A stretch of DNA of 64,000 nucleotides from Eledone cirrhosa (GCA_964016885.1 OZ024743.1:238638001-238702000), one strand, 5' to 3'. Positions 34,083-46,186 are shown, counted from the first letter of the stretch. Translations and numbers: made by a program. The notes: generated by a model not told the origin, from the sequence alone.

Positions 34083-34511
34083 CGAAGGAAGTGTGGTAAA
34101 GAACCAGGTGGACCATAACGCACCAGAGTGCTCGATACTTTGGGTAGTAGAGTGGGTAATAGGAAAATGTTCAGGACCCCGACGGCAGAGCTCAAGCCGT
34201 TTCGACGGTTATTTCTGGAGTCCAGAAATAGCTGTCGAAACGGCTTGAGTTCTGCCATCGGGGTCCTGAACATTTTCATATATATATATATATATATATG
34301 AAGGATTCTTTAGTTTACTTGAAGCATTGTATATGGTATAAAGAATTCGAAATTTGAAAGCCATGACAATGCGGGTTTGGGCAGCAGGTAATTAAATCGT
34401 AAGAAACAGGTGTTGTTGTTTTACTTTATTTTATTCGTACGTCCTAAGGAACTATTATAGTGTCCGATGTGGCTTGCTATACCAGCTGACCAGGAAGTGG
34501 TTTTATTATTT

Positions 34512-34729
34512 GTGGATTGGCAGTATCGGTTGAGGCTCGGGCGCCATGCTTTACAGCATAGAGTTACGGCCCTCTATGATCTGAGTTCAAATCCTGCCGA
34601 GGTTAACTTTGCCTTTCATCCTTACGGGGTCGATAAAATAAAGTACCAGTAACGCACTGGAGTCGATTAAATCGACTTTCCCCTCCCCCAAAAATTGCTG
34701 GCCTTGTGCCTAAATAAGAAATCATTATT
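34512..34729 (+). mobile_element. tRNA-derived SINE, full length
   Basis: A box, B box, core and tail GCCTTGTGCCTAAATAAGAAATCATTATT. Confidence 0.9.
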
Positions 34730-35074
34730 TATTTATTTCATTATTTTTTCCGAACCACTTTTGTTTTGAAATTAGGGTCTGGGCAGGTCAAGGGGCACAG
34801 AATTGTTTCCCCTTCAATCGCTTAGACGCGTATATATTAATACGCACTGACACACACGTGCATGCATGCATGTGTTTGTGTGTAGGCACGCACGCAAATA
34901 CGCAAACACGCATGGGTAGGATCGTGTAAATACATGAATGGATATACACGATTTCTTCCGGATGGATAATGTGCCCGTAAGCGGGCCTATGTGTGCCCTT
35001 ACGTGTAGAGTCCATTGGTTGTCTAAGTTCGGTTTTGTGGGCCTAGTTCTCTGTTAGGTATTGTGTGTGATTAC

Positions 35075-35270
35075 TTTTATGAACCACAGGAACGTCGGGC
35101 CCTCATTACCTGCCACTCCTGTGCCTTCTTCACCCGATATGTAGATGACATACTCATCCTTACACCACCCCGTGAAGAAGCAGACAAAATATACACGGCA
35201 TTCGCCAACATGGGCATTAACATAAGGTTCAGCATGGAATATCCTGCTACACTTCCAGCTTCGAATTCTT
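35075..35270 (+). pseudogene. Penelope-like RT fragment
   Basis: FFTRYVDDILIL...IRFSMEYP (YVDD catalytic motif plus the I.FT.E-type motif). Confidence 0.75.
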
Positions 35271-35342
35271 CATATATATATATATATATATAGCTTTCCT
35301 CTTTGTTGTTTACTTGTCTCACTCGCTTTACGCGTTTTAATT

Positions 35343-35443
35343 GTCCTAATAACTTAATTTAGTTATTATTGCACCAACGTGAGGTATATGATTTTTAATG
35401 CAATGAAATATCTATGATCGTTGGCAAATCACTGATGAGGGAC
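35343..35443 (+). ncRNA. Permuted, pseudoknotted hammerhead-like RNA motif (family 2, intact copy), inside (TA)n-flanked element 35292-35500
   Basis: GUCC-UAAUAACU(UAAUUU)AGUUAUUA-UUGCA-CCAACG-U-GA-GGUAU-A-UGAUUU-UUAA-UGCAA-U-GAA-AUAUC-UAU-GA-U-CGUUGG-C-AAAUCA-CUGAUGA-G-GGAC. Confidence 0.62.
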
Positions 35444-35496
35444 TCATTTTATAACATGTTATCCATGTGCAACCTGCAGTATTCTTCTCCCCATTT

Positions 35497-35560
<64 letters not shown>

Positions 35561-35999
35561 ACACACAATATGTTCTTGGTACAGCGTGTATAAAAAACAA
35601 AACTTTTAATTCATTAGTAAGACATTGCAGTAACATTAAATATGCGACTGAGGGAAAGATCTTCGTTAACCTGGTTATTTGTAATAGTTCGAAAGAAAAT
35701 CCCGGTTCGTACGGAAGTCACGTGGACACGAGATCTCGAAGAGTGTCACATGATTGTTACCAAACGTGACCATATGTTAATTATGTCGTGCAACTTCCTG
35801 TGTCAGGACATATGCGAATACAAGACGAATCGAATTACAAGCTTAAAGTATGTACAATAATAATACCGTAACGTGTGTTTGTTTGTATATATATATATAC
35901 AGGGTGTCCCCAAAAAATATATACTCACTTCAATAGCATTCTAATAAATATTGCCTGGACAGGTAATCAAAGTGTGTATACATTTTTTGGAACACCCTT

Positions 36000-36076
<77 letters not shown>

Positions 36077-36358
36077 TTCTCACTCTCTCTCTTTCTCACT
36101 CTCTCTCTATATATATATTAGAAAGAGTCGAAGCCCGCCGGCTGAGCTCTCGCCGTTTCGACAACTGATTCCAGACTCGATTCTTTCTAATATAGTCAGA
36201 CTCTACTATCCCAAGTATCGAGTACTCTGTTGAATAATAGTATTATTAGTTTAATACTGGTTTAATCAGGATATATATCTTTTCGTTTTGCCTTATTTCC
36301 GTTCGTTGTGTTGTCCCTGAAGACCTTTGAGTTCTGTCTTTCATTTTATTTAAAAACA

Positions 36359-36394
<36 letters not shown>

Positions 36395-36530
36395 ATAATA
36401 ATAAACTTGAAGACTAAAATCCAAAAGGGCTCGATAAGGATAAATATATATCAAATATATAAGAACGGTAGAGCATCGGTTGCAACGTTTTTCGAAATAT
36501 TTACTTCTGCGTTAACAGATTGATTTTTTT

Positions 36531-36581
36531 AGTTTCAGAAGATCCCGTTACGGGTGAAAGCACCAATTCTTTGCTTAAACT
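36531..36581 (+). ncRNA. Type I hammerhead variant with CAGAAGA core (second copy 37339-37389)
   Basis: AGUUU-CAGAAGA-U-CCCG(UUA)CGGG-U-GAAA-GCA(loop)UGC-UU^AAACU. Confidence 0.65.
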
Positions 36582-36800
36582 TTAATCTCTTATTTTAATA
36601 TATATATATATAGGAAAAAGTATGACCCCGACGGCAGAGCTCAAGCCCTTTCGACGGCTGGGTCCAGAAATTACTGTCGAAACGGCTTGAGTTCTGCCGT
36701 GGGGTCATATTTTTTCCTATTTCCCACTCTACTACCCTAAGTATTGAGTACTCTGGTGCGTTATGGTCCATCTGGTTCCTTATCACAATTCCTTTGTTAT

Positions 36801-37117
36801 ATATATATAAAACAGAGAATGTCTGCCTGTATGTCCAATCACTAAATCTCGAGAACCACCTAACCGATTGTTTTCAATCTTTACACATGTAATACTTATG
36901 GCTCTGTGAGTGTTATGAGCAAAGAAATTTCAAATTGTCAATGCCCTAGAGACAGTATTAGGTGATTTAGCGATCTCTCTCTGTCTCACTTAGTCTTTCT
37001 CTGTTTAGATAGATACATAGATACAACGTTGCGCCCTTATAATATCTGTCTGTATGCCTAGCTGTCTACATTACGACATTATGACGTAGCTGTGTGTGTC
37101 TGTGTATATATGTATAT

Positions 37118-37164
<47 letters not shown>

Positions 37165-37206
37165 TATATATACATATATTTATAATATATATATATATAT
37201 ATATAT

Positions 37207-37283
<77 letters not shown>

Positions 37284-37572
37284 TGTAACGTTTTTCGAAA
37301 TATTTACTTCTGCGTTCACAAATTGATTTTTTTATTTTAGTTTCAGAAGATCCCGTTAAGGGTGAAAGCAGCGATTCTTTGCTTAAACTTTAATCTGTTA
37401 TTTTAATATATCTATATATAATTATATATTCGTGTACAGATATTTTTGCATACACAATTACAAAATATAAACAAACGTATTTATTTCACGAGGTTCGATA
37501 AGGATAAATATATATCAAATATATAAGAACCCTAGAGCAAATCCTGAGCAACGCCGGGCCATTCTGCAAGAA
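36801..37572 (+). mobile_element. Non-autonomous Helitron-like element with nested insertions
   Basis: 5' ATATATATAAAA..GTCTGCCTGT..ATCTCGAGAACC..AACCGATT; 3' hairpin CCTGAGCAACGCCGGG followed by a degenerate CTAG-like end (CAAG). Confidence 0.5.
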
Positions 37573-38410
37573 TATATATTATGTATATATATATGTGTGT
37601 GTGTATGTGTGTGTGTATTTGTGTGTCTGTGTGTGTGTGTGTGCAGAGATCACACACGAGTCTTGCTACCAGAGTCATTAGGGTGTTGGATTAAAAATGC
37701 GCCAGTATTGTTCCGACTCACTGCACTCTGTGTTTAAATCCCGCCGATGTCAATTTGGCTTTCATCCTTTCGAAGCCGGTAATATACCAATTCCTTTAAA
37801 ATTGTGTTGACATATTTTTTGTTAAAATAACTGATATTAAAGTGTCAAGATTTACTTATATGATCTACGAAGAAGGGTGAATATTGGTGCAGGAATAGAG
37901 AATAATCTCAGCAATATAATAAATCTGTTATAATACACTACTGAGTACTTTTCTATTGAGTAGTTTTTCACTTGTTTGTAATGTGACCCCCCACCCCCAC
38001 CCCCACATACACAAACACACCACACACATATATATATATATACACAGATATATGTATATACACAAACAGATATATATAACAAAGAAGGTGTGATAAGATA
38101 TCAGGTGGACCATAACGCACCAGAGTACTTAGGGTAGTAGAGTAGGTAATAGGAAAAGAGACAGGACACCGACGGCTCGAGCTCTGCCGTCGGGGTCTTG
38201 AACATTTTCCTATTACCCACTCTACTACCCTAAATTATTGAGTACTCTGGTGTGTTATGGTCCAACTGGTTCCTTATCACACTTACTTCGATTTATATAT
38301 ATATATAGTAATAATAATAAATTTGAAGACAAAAATCCAAAGAGGGCTCGATAAGGATAAATATATATCAAATATATCTTTGCTTAAACTTTAATCTGTT
38401 ATTTTATTAA

Positions 38411-38464
<54 letters not shown>

Positions 38465-38467
<3 letters not shown>

Positions 38468-39140
38468 TCGATATACTTTCGTCAAATCGGACCGAGGAAA
38501 CAATGGATTTGAACAAAAGGGCAACGATGGTTGCTAAACACTGTACGGCTTAATTCGGGATGTTTGTTTGTTTACAAACAAACCGAGCATTAAAATAAAT
38601 GTTCGGTAAATACACACGCACATATATATATGTGTGCATGTATGTATATATATACATACTACTGTACGTCTGTATGCATATATGTATGTACGTATACATA
38701 CTTATATTTAAGTAACAGCCGTACTAAGAGTGAGAAATGAAATTTTGTTTCATTTTTTCCATGTATCGTTTGGGTGCGCCCGGCCGATTAACTCACTCGA
38801 TATGCAAATTAGGTTGCTCACCCTTTAATATGCATAAGGAAAGTATATACTTTCAGACATTCAATCATCTAGCAGGAAGGTGTACGGTGCTGACGATAGC
38901 TAATAAGCTTGAAACTAGTACATCGTTCCTTTGTCAGTGTTGAACAAAAGGGCAACGATGGTAGCTAAACACTGTACGGCTTAATTCGGGATGTTTGTTT
39001 GTTTACAAACAAACCGAGCATTATAATAAATGTTCGGTAAATCCATACGTACATATATATATATGTGTGCATGTATGTGTATCTATACATGCTACTGTAC
39101 GTCTGTATACATATATGTATGTACGTATACATACTTATAT
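38465..39140 (+). mobile_element. Non-coding (TA)n-flanked element with ~195-bp direct repeats and one HHR
   Basis: ~38509-38706 recurs at ~38940-39138. Confidence 0.75.
38884..38926 (+). ncRNA. Minimal type I hammerhead ribozyme, intact core
   Basis: ACGGUG-CUGACGA-U-AGCU(AAUA)AGCU-U-GAAA-CUAG-UA^CAUCGU. Confidence 0.85.
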
Positions 39141-39190
39141 ATATATATATAAGAGAGTATTGAAGTTTGCTTGAAGCATTGTGGAATAAT

Positions 39191-39716
39191 AGGTAAATAT
39201 CTTTAAGTCGTTTGGAAGCCTCGACAATGCAAATGGGTAAATCTCCGGGTAACAAGATCCGGTGGTGGAGAGAGAGATGTAAGTGGGTGTACGTTGAGAT
39301 GCGTGCGGTGTATAAGACGTGTAGAGGAATGAAGGAAAGAGTATAAAGGATGAAATAAAAATAACAACACGAGAGAGAGTTACCTTGGGAGAGATTTAAT
39401 TGTCCCTATATATTTCGGATTCACAACAACAAACAGCGGAGGACGCGTTTCGCACATTTCCGACAGACAACCTTTCCCCCGGAAATAACCCCCAGTTGAT
39501 GGATGTGAATCCGAAATATATAGGGACAATTCAATCTCTCCCAAGGTAACTCTCTCTCGTGTTATTATTTTAATTTTATCCTTTATACTCTTTCCTTCAT
39601 TCCTCTACACGTCTTATACACGCCACATATCTCAAAGTACACCCACTTACATCTTGTTACCCGGAGATTTACCCATTTGCATTGTCGAGGCTTCCAAACG
39701 ACTTAAAGATATTTAC

Positions 39717-39717
<1 letters not shown>
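39191..39717. repeat. ~230-bp imperfect inverted repeat between (TA)n tracts
   Basis: 39191-39425 vs 39504-39717. Confidence 0.88.
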
Positions 39718-39804
<87 letters not shown>

Positions 39805-40137
39805 AGTAGTGGCGCACAGGACAAATAGAATGGAACAAATAACGGAAAGACGGACATTCCCATCTAATAACCTCTGGAAATCACTACAGTTTCGATGCAT
39901 TAACTTCGATAGCGTTCATTCGCGTGCATACTGGGGTATAAAAAAACAGGTAGAGACAAGTTATGTCTTTAGGCAAATTACACAAATATAGAGTGCGCAA
40001 GGACTTAGCCAAAGGAGAAAAAGTAGAAAGGAGAGAAATAGTAAAACAGAAGAGAATAAGAACTGAGGCGTAGAACAGGTAAGAAGGGATAATAGAAGAA
40101 AACAGGCCGGGCGGTGATGTCTATTATATGATAGTTT

Positions 40138-40181
<44 letters not shown>

Positions 40182-40212
40182 CATGTGTGTATGTATACAT
40201 ACAGACCACACA

Positions 40213-40268
<56 letters not shown>

Positions 40269-41199
40269 CTATTTATGTTCTGACAATTAAGGTAGCAATT
40301 CAATCTCATTCTGAATTATCGATTTTTATCCATGTTAATTTTATTTCATTTTATTTATTTATACATTTATTTATTTATTTGTTTATATATAATTTATTTA
40401 TTTTTCAAATATGTGGTTAATTCTATTTCTAAAGTGATAATTGTAATAATTGCCTTTTCTCTGACGGGCAACATAAACAGCAAGAACTCCTATAAAGTAC
40501 CCCCTTCCCCAGCAGCAACAAAACCATGAAATAAAACAAAGAAAATAACTAAAATGATGCTAACACTGGCAACAATAAACAAAGAAAATGGCTAACATAA
40601 CAAATAACCGCAACTAAGAGAAATAGGAGAGATATTGAAAGTGAACTGCCGTTTATGATAGTATTTTTTGCAAGTATCCTGGTGTTGTTTTGCAAACCTG
40701 ATTGAAACTGAACGCATATATTCACGGCACATGATGCTGGTTTGATGTGTACAAAAATCCATAGCATGCTGGGAAATAAAGCAAAATTGTTAATAAAAAG
40801 TCGCAAACACCTCCCCCCCCCCCTCCCGCTCCACAACTTCTATCATCATCACAGCCACTGCCACTACTACAACGACTACAAATGAGAATATTAACAATAT
40901 TATAAAAACACTGTAACAAATATTAGCACAGCAATACCATAGTGTGAGAATTTAATTCATTTTCGGATAAAAAATACAATAACGATAATAATAACAATAA
41001 TAATAATAATAACAAAGAACAACAATGATGATGATGATGATCTTTAATATAGGCACAAATCCAAATAATATGTAGTGATTGAGGAAAAACATCTATTAAA
41101 TTGGAATCTATACCAATGTTAAATATCCATTTATTGTTTCTGGAAATAAATATAATGAAGAGGAAAATAGCATAAAAAGAAGAGGGCTCTGAATAAACA

Positions 41200-41500
41200 T
41201 CTGCAGTGAGGCGATAAATTAGAGATGGAAGGGAAAGGCAAGGCTCTAGGGTCACAGAATAATGGGAAAGGGAAGGGGGAGGGGGATGGACTCTTGGACT
41301 AGGTCGCGGTGGTGGTGTTGTGTGGCACCCTGCGGACAAGACCGCAAAAGCATTTCCGCAGACAATGATCAGCAACACCTGCTGCAACAGCGTCCCCACC
41401 CACGGAGCTCTTTCCTCAGCTGATGTTCGATCTTGCGGAGGAGCTCGGCAGTATGGGGTCTGAGTACGCCTGAGGTCTCGACGGAGACCGGTGCGAAATC
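41200..41500 (-). mobile_element. CRE-clade non-LTR element 3' fragment
   Basis: Minus strand DFAPVSVETSGVL.PHTAELLRKI...LLQQVLLIIVCGNAFAVL resembles the F.P...ET.G / QR.S....GNA RLE C-terminus. Confidence 0.6.
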
Positions 41501-41624
41501 ATAGTACATCTTTGGTACTTTATTTTATAGACAGAAGTTACTGTCGGCATGATATAAGTCTACTGGCAAATTCTATACAAATTCCACGTTTATATGAAGG
41601 TATCAAGAGAGAGAGAGAGAGAGG

Positions 41625-41669
<45 letters not shown>

Positions 41670-42387
41670 GGAGAGAGAGAATGTGAACGATAGAGAGATA
41701 GAGAGAAACAGATAGAGAAAGAGACAAATAATCAACAACATTGGTAAGGGAGGTTGGCTTTTAGCATTACATTTTTAGAATATTTAGAAGAATATCTCCT
41801 TTTGTTGGTTCTAATTATTTTATAACTTCAAAATAAACCTATAAACGACTTTGTCAGTCTAAAGATGCTTTACATTTACACAGACCCGTATATGTAAGTG
41901 GTACTTTGTTTTATCAACGGCGGAAATATGAAAGGCAAAGTTGACTTCGGCGAGATTTGATCTCAAAATATATGGCCGTTAGTAAACGTTGAAATGTTTG
42001 ACGATTCTGTTAATCCACCACCCAAGAATCAGGTTTCATAATACGCTACACACGCATACACACGCTACATACGCACACACACACACACACACACACACAT
42101 TTAAGAAAATTAACACAAAGAGAGTTCAAGACAACGAACGGTAACAAAGCAAAACGAAAAACAATTTTTACCTTAAAAAATTATTTTAAAAAAAATACAA
42201 ACGAAGGACACAGAACTCCATGGTCATTTGCCTTTGAGATGGACTTGGGCAGTTTCATCCCCTACCAACGGAACTGCTGGTCGATCCGATGTCACAACGT
42301 CTGACATAAGCCAAACGCTGTCCAAAGGAGTAATAGACAAAAGACAGAACATTATATATAGCCATAAAGCTACAAAACATACAATTT

Positions 42388-42432
<45 letters not shown>

Positions 42433-42433
<1 letters not shown>

Positions 42434-42842
42434 TTTTGAATGGAAAGAATACTTTGAATGAAAAGATTACTTTGGGGATGAAAAGAGGTCAAGCCAATGA
42501 AAGGTACACGAAAATTTGATGTTATTAAAGAATAATGCTAATGTTAAAATCGAAGAAGAATAACATTTTAGGGTAAATATGTTAGTGAGAAATACCAATC
42601 TTATTTAAAACACCAGGAATTTAGATCTATAACAAGAAATTAAATTAATTTAATTGATAGGTATACTTATAGGGATACATTTATATGAATTCATATAGAT
42701 GTGATAAATAAGAGTTATATATATATATATATATAACTCTTATATATATATCTAACTCTTATTTCGTGTACCTTTCATTGGCTTGACCTCTTTTCATCCC
42801 CAAAGTAATCTTTTCATTCAAAGTATTCTTTCCATTCAAAAC
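42433..42842. repeat. ~80-bp inverted repeat in a (TA)n-flanked insert
   Basis: 42433-42513 is the reverse complement of ~42762-42842. Confidence 0.8.
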
Positions 42843-43596
42843 TGAAGTCTGCATTCCTCTACCCCTAAATTAAATTCTACTACTACTATTCTAACAACTT
42901 GACCACTTACTATTTTTCTATTGGTCAATTCAAAACCTGTTCCCAAACAGACCTATTATATTAAATCTTTGTTGTTTTTTTTCAATAAACAAATATCATT
43001 ATTACTGAAGCATATATATGTGTAGGTATGTATATTCCCTCTGATAGTTTGTAAAATGTTTACATACCAACACACACATATATATCCTAGAAACGTTTGC
43101 AACACTTAAGATTTAGACACAGAAACATACACACACATAAAGACAATGAATTTCCTATATCAGTCATGTTCTTATAATAATAGAACCTTATGATTGGAAA
43201 GCGAACTAAATTCTAACCTGATAATTATCCCCGTACAACAATTATTTCTTTAACGTTTCTCTTGCATTTAATTATGTATGACATTTGTATATACATGCTG
43301 AGCATTTGTGAAATTATACCACAGTAACCAACATAAACTATAGGGTAACTCTTATGTAAAACAATAATTTATTAAAACATTAATCTTACAGTTTGGATGA
43401 TTGTTCGTATATTTGATAATCCTGGTATATATGGAATACCAATCCTGGACTCCATCAATTAAATAAGATCAACGTTATTGCTATAATCATTGACAGCACG
43501 GGTCCACTAGTTTAATATATAATTTGACTGTAGTAACTTTAAAATATTTGATAGCATATCAATAAATAATTTGTAGGCAAGTCCTAAATATCTAAC

Positions 43597-46127
43597 ATTG
43601 GCAGTATCGGACGCCATGCTTTCCAGCATAGTTACGTCCCTTTACGATCTGAGTTCAAATCCCGCCGAGGTTAACTTTGCCTTTCATCCTTACGGGGTCG
43701 ATAAAATAAAGTACCAGTAATGCACTGGGTAATTGCTGGCCTGCTGCCTAAAGTAGAAACACTTATCTATACTTATTACTGTGTAACGACGTCAAACATT
43801 TATTATATTGAATTATGACTCTTCAGCAATTTCAGAAACCTATACACTTATGATTCTGTAACGGCGACATAAATTTATTATTTATCGTACATACTTATGA
43901 TTCTGTAACGACTTCAAAAAAGAATTATATTGACTTACGACACTATAGCGACGTCAAAATTTGATTATTTTGAATTACGACATTGACATATGGTTATCTA
44001 TCAACGTCAGAAATTTATTATATAGAGTTATAACAACGTCATAAATTCATAAATTCAAACTTTAACTTATGACTGTATCAACGTCAAAAACTGTTATATT
44101 TAGTATAATTACTTCTTTATTGGCCACTTCAATTTATGTGCTTTAAACACTATTATAATTAATCCTATAATTATGAAACTGAATCGAAGAGTTGAAATCT
44201 TTAACACAGGGGAAAAAATCATAAAGATTTATAAATTCATGCATCAAAATAAAAATACGAACCTTTATAAATATCGAATTTCTACGGTTCTCTCTAGTAA
44301 TAGTTTTTACTGCTTTTAATGTTCTCCCTGTTGTAGCTGCTATAGCCCCACGTCAGCCCTCACAGCGCGGAACGTAGCAACAATGGGGTTTCAACAATGA
44401 TCACGCAGATTGTTCCTATATCTAGAATTACACTGTCAAATATGTGCATCTTTTATTATTAAAATGGTTAAGGGCGGTGAATTGGCAGTATCGGTAGAGG
44501 GTTGGACGCCATGCTTTCTAACATAGTTACGTCCCTTTACAGTCTGAGTTCAAATCCCGTCGAGGTTAACTTTGCCTTTCATCTTTACGGAGTCGATAAA
44601 ATAAAGTACCAGTAATGTACTGGGTAATTGCTGGCCTTGTGCCAAAAGTAGAAACAATTGTTCAAATGGTTATTAGGGCGATGAATTGGCAGTATCGGTA
44701 GAACGTCGGACAACATAGTTACGGCTCTTTACGGGTTTTTAGCAACGCACTGAGGTCGATTTAATCGCCTTTTCCCTTCCCTTCAAATTGCTGACCTTGT
44801 GCCAAAAGAAACAATCATTATAATGGTAGACTGGGGTTTAAGAGATTGTCACTATTATTTCTAGTATGTTTATTAACCATGTAAGAGTATGTGATTCACT
44901 AGTTTCTGATCTGACTAACACTAGTTCGTTAATAACGTTGGCCTAGACACAGTATGGTCGATTAGTTAAGAGATTCACTTCATCATAAGATGTCGCGTTC
45001 GATCCTATGGTTCTACGTGATATCTTGGGAAAATGTTATTTACCATAGACACGAGTAAATCCAAATCTTGTGAAAAGATTTATGTCCACAGTAGCTGGTC
45101 AGAAGGGCTATAACTGTACTGAGAAGAACCAGCCTTGTCAAACACCGCGTCACGCTGAACCTCTACGACGATCGCATTGTGGGGACACGTGTCTGTGGTA
45201 AGCTAAATCATTTACGATTTAATTTCACGAGTACACCGTTTCGATAATCGAACGACTAGAGCACTAATCGAAGAAACCGATGGAGGTCCATTTATCTCAC
45301 TTTTACTTCACTAACGTTAACATAAAATCCTTTACGTTTTAATGTTATAAAACAATGACAATAAATTGAATGAAATTGGATTGAAAATTAAACTGAAATG
45401 AATTGAATACTAGCAGCAACATGGAGAGTGGCTTGCTTTTAAATATTATTATTAATGGAAGTGGGGAGGCATAACTTTGGTCAAAATATTTATAAATGAC
45501 ATAGACGTATTAATAGAGGAAGAAGAATATAATAAGCACAAGATGCCAAAGGAATAACAATTAAAATAGTAATTAAATATTTAATGATCTGCGTGAAGAC
45601 TAATAATTTGAACAACAATGATTAATTGCATAAGAAATTTGCAAAGTTTACAAAAATCGAGAGAAGAAAATTAATTTGTTTTCTTTCTACTGCAACATTT
45701 AGAAATTACAACAATAATAATTATAATAATAATAATTGTTTCTACTTTTGGCACAAGGCCAGCAATTATCCCAGTGTATTACTGTACTTTATTTTATAGA
45801 CTCTGTAAGGATGAAAGGCAAAGTTAACCTCGGCGGGATTTGAAGTCAGATCATAAAGGGAGGTAACTCTATGCTTCAAAGCATGGCGTCCGACCCTCTA
45901 CCGATACTGCCAATCCACAATAATAATGATAATAATAATTGTTTCTACTTTAGGCACAAGGCCAGCAATTACCTAGTACATTACTGGTACTTTATTTTAT
46001 CGACCCAGTAAGGATGAAAGGCAAAGTTGACCTTGGCGGGATTTGAACTCAGAATGGAAAGGGCCGTAACTCTATGCGTCAAAGCATGACGTCCGACCCT
46101 CTGCCTATACTGCCAATCCACCGCCCG
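43597..46127. mobile_element. SINE cluster (43597-43760+, 44472-44660+, 44676-44815+, 45736-45918-, 45938-46127-) plus a second degenerate SINE type (~44940-45290)
   Basis: Same A/B boxes, core and tail as the 12-15 kb copies. Confidence 0.85.
43770..44100. repeat. Degenerate ~40-bp minisatellite
   Basis: Recurring TGA(T/C)TCTGTAACGACGTCAAAAATTTATTATATTGA-like unit. Confidence 0.6.
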
Positions 46128-46155
46128 AATAATAATAATAATAATAATAATAATG

Positions 46156-46186
<31 letters not shown>

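Noticed and set aside
35405-35438. Reading the motif as an ordinary type II HHR or a box C/D snoRNA
   Set aside because: A type II fold gives no stem II or III, and family 1 has no UH at the equivalent position. UGAUGA/CUGA are not arranged as terminal C and D boxes.
42220-43530. Possible minus-strand host exons (acceptor-like site near 42317, donor-like site near 43390)
   Set aside because: Short frames with stops and no recognisable protein motif; needs RNA-seq.
43770-44100. CRISPR-like repeat array
   Set aside because: Degenerate contiguous minisatellite without unique spacers, in a eukaryotic context with no cas genes.
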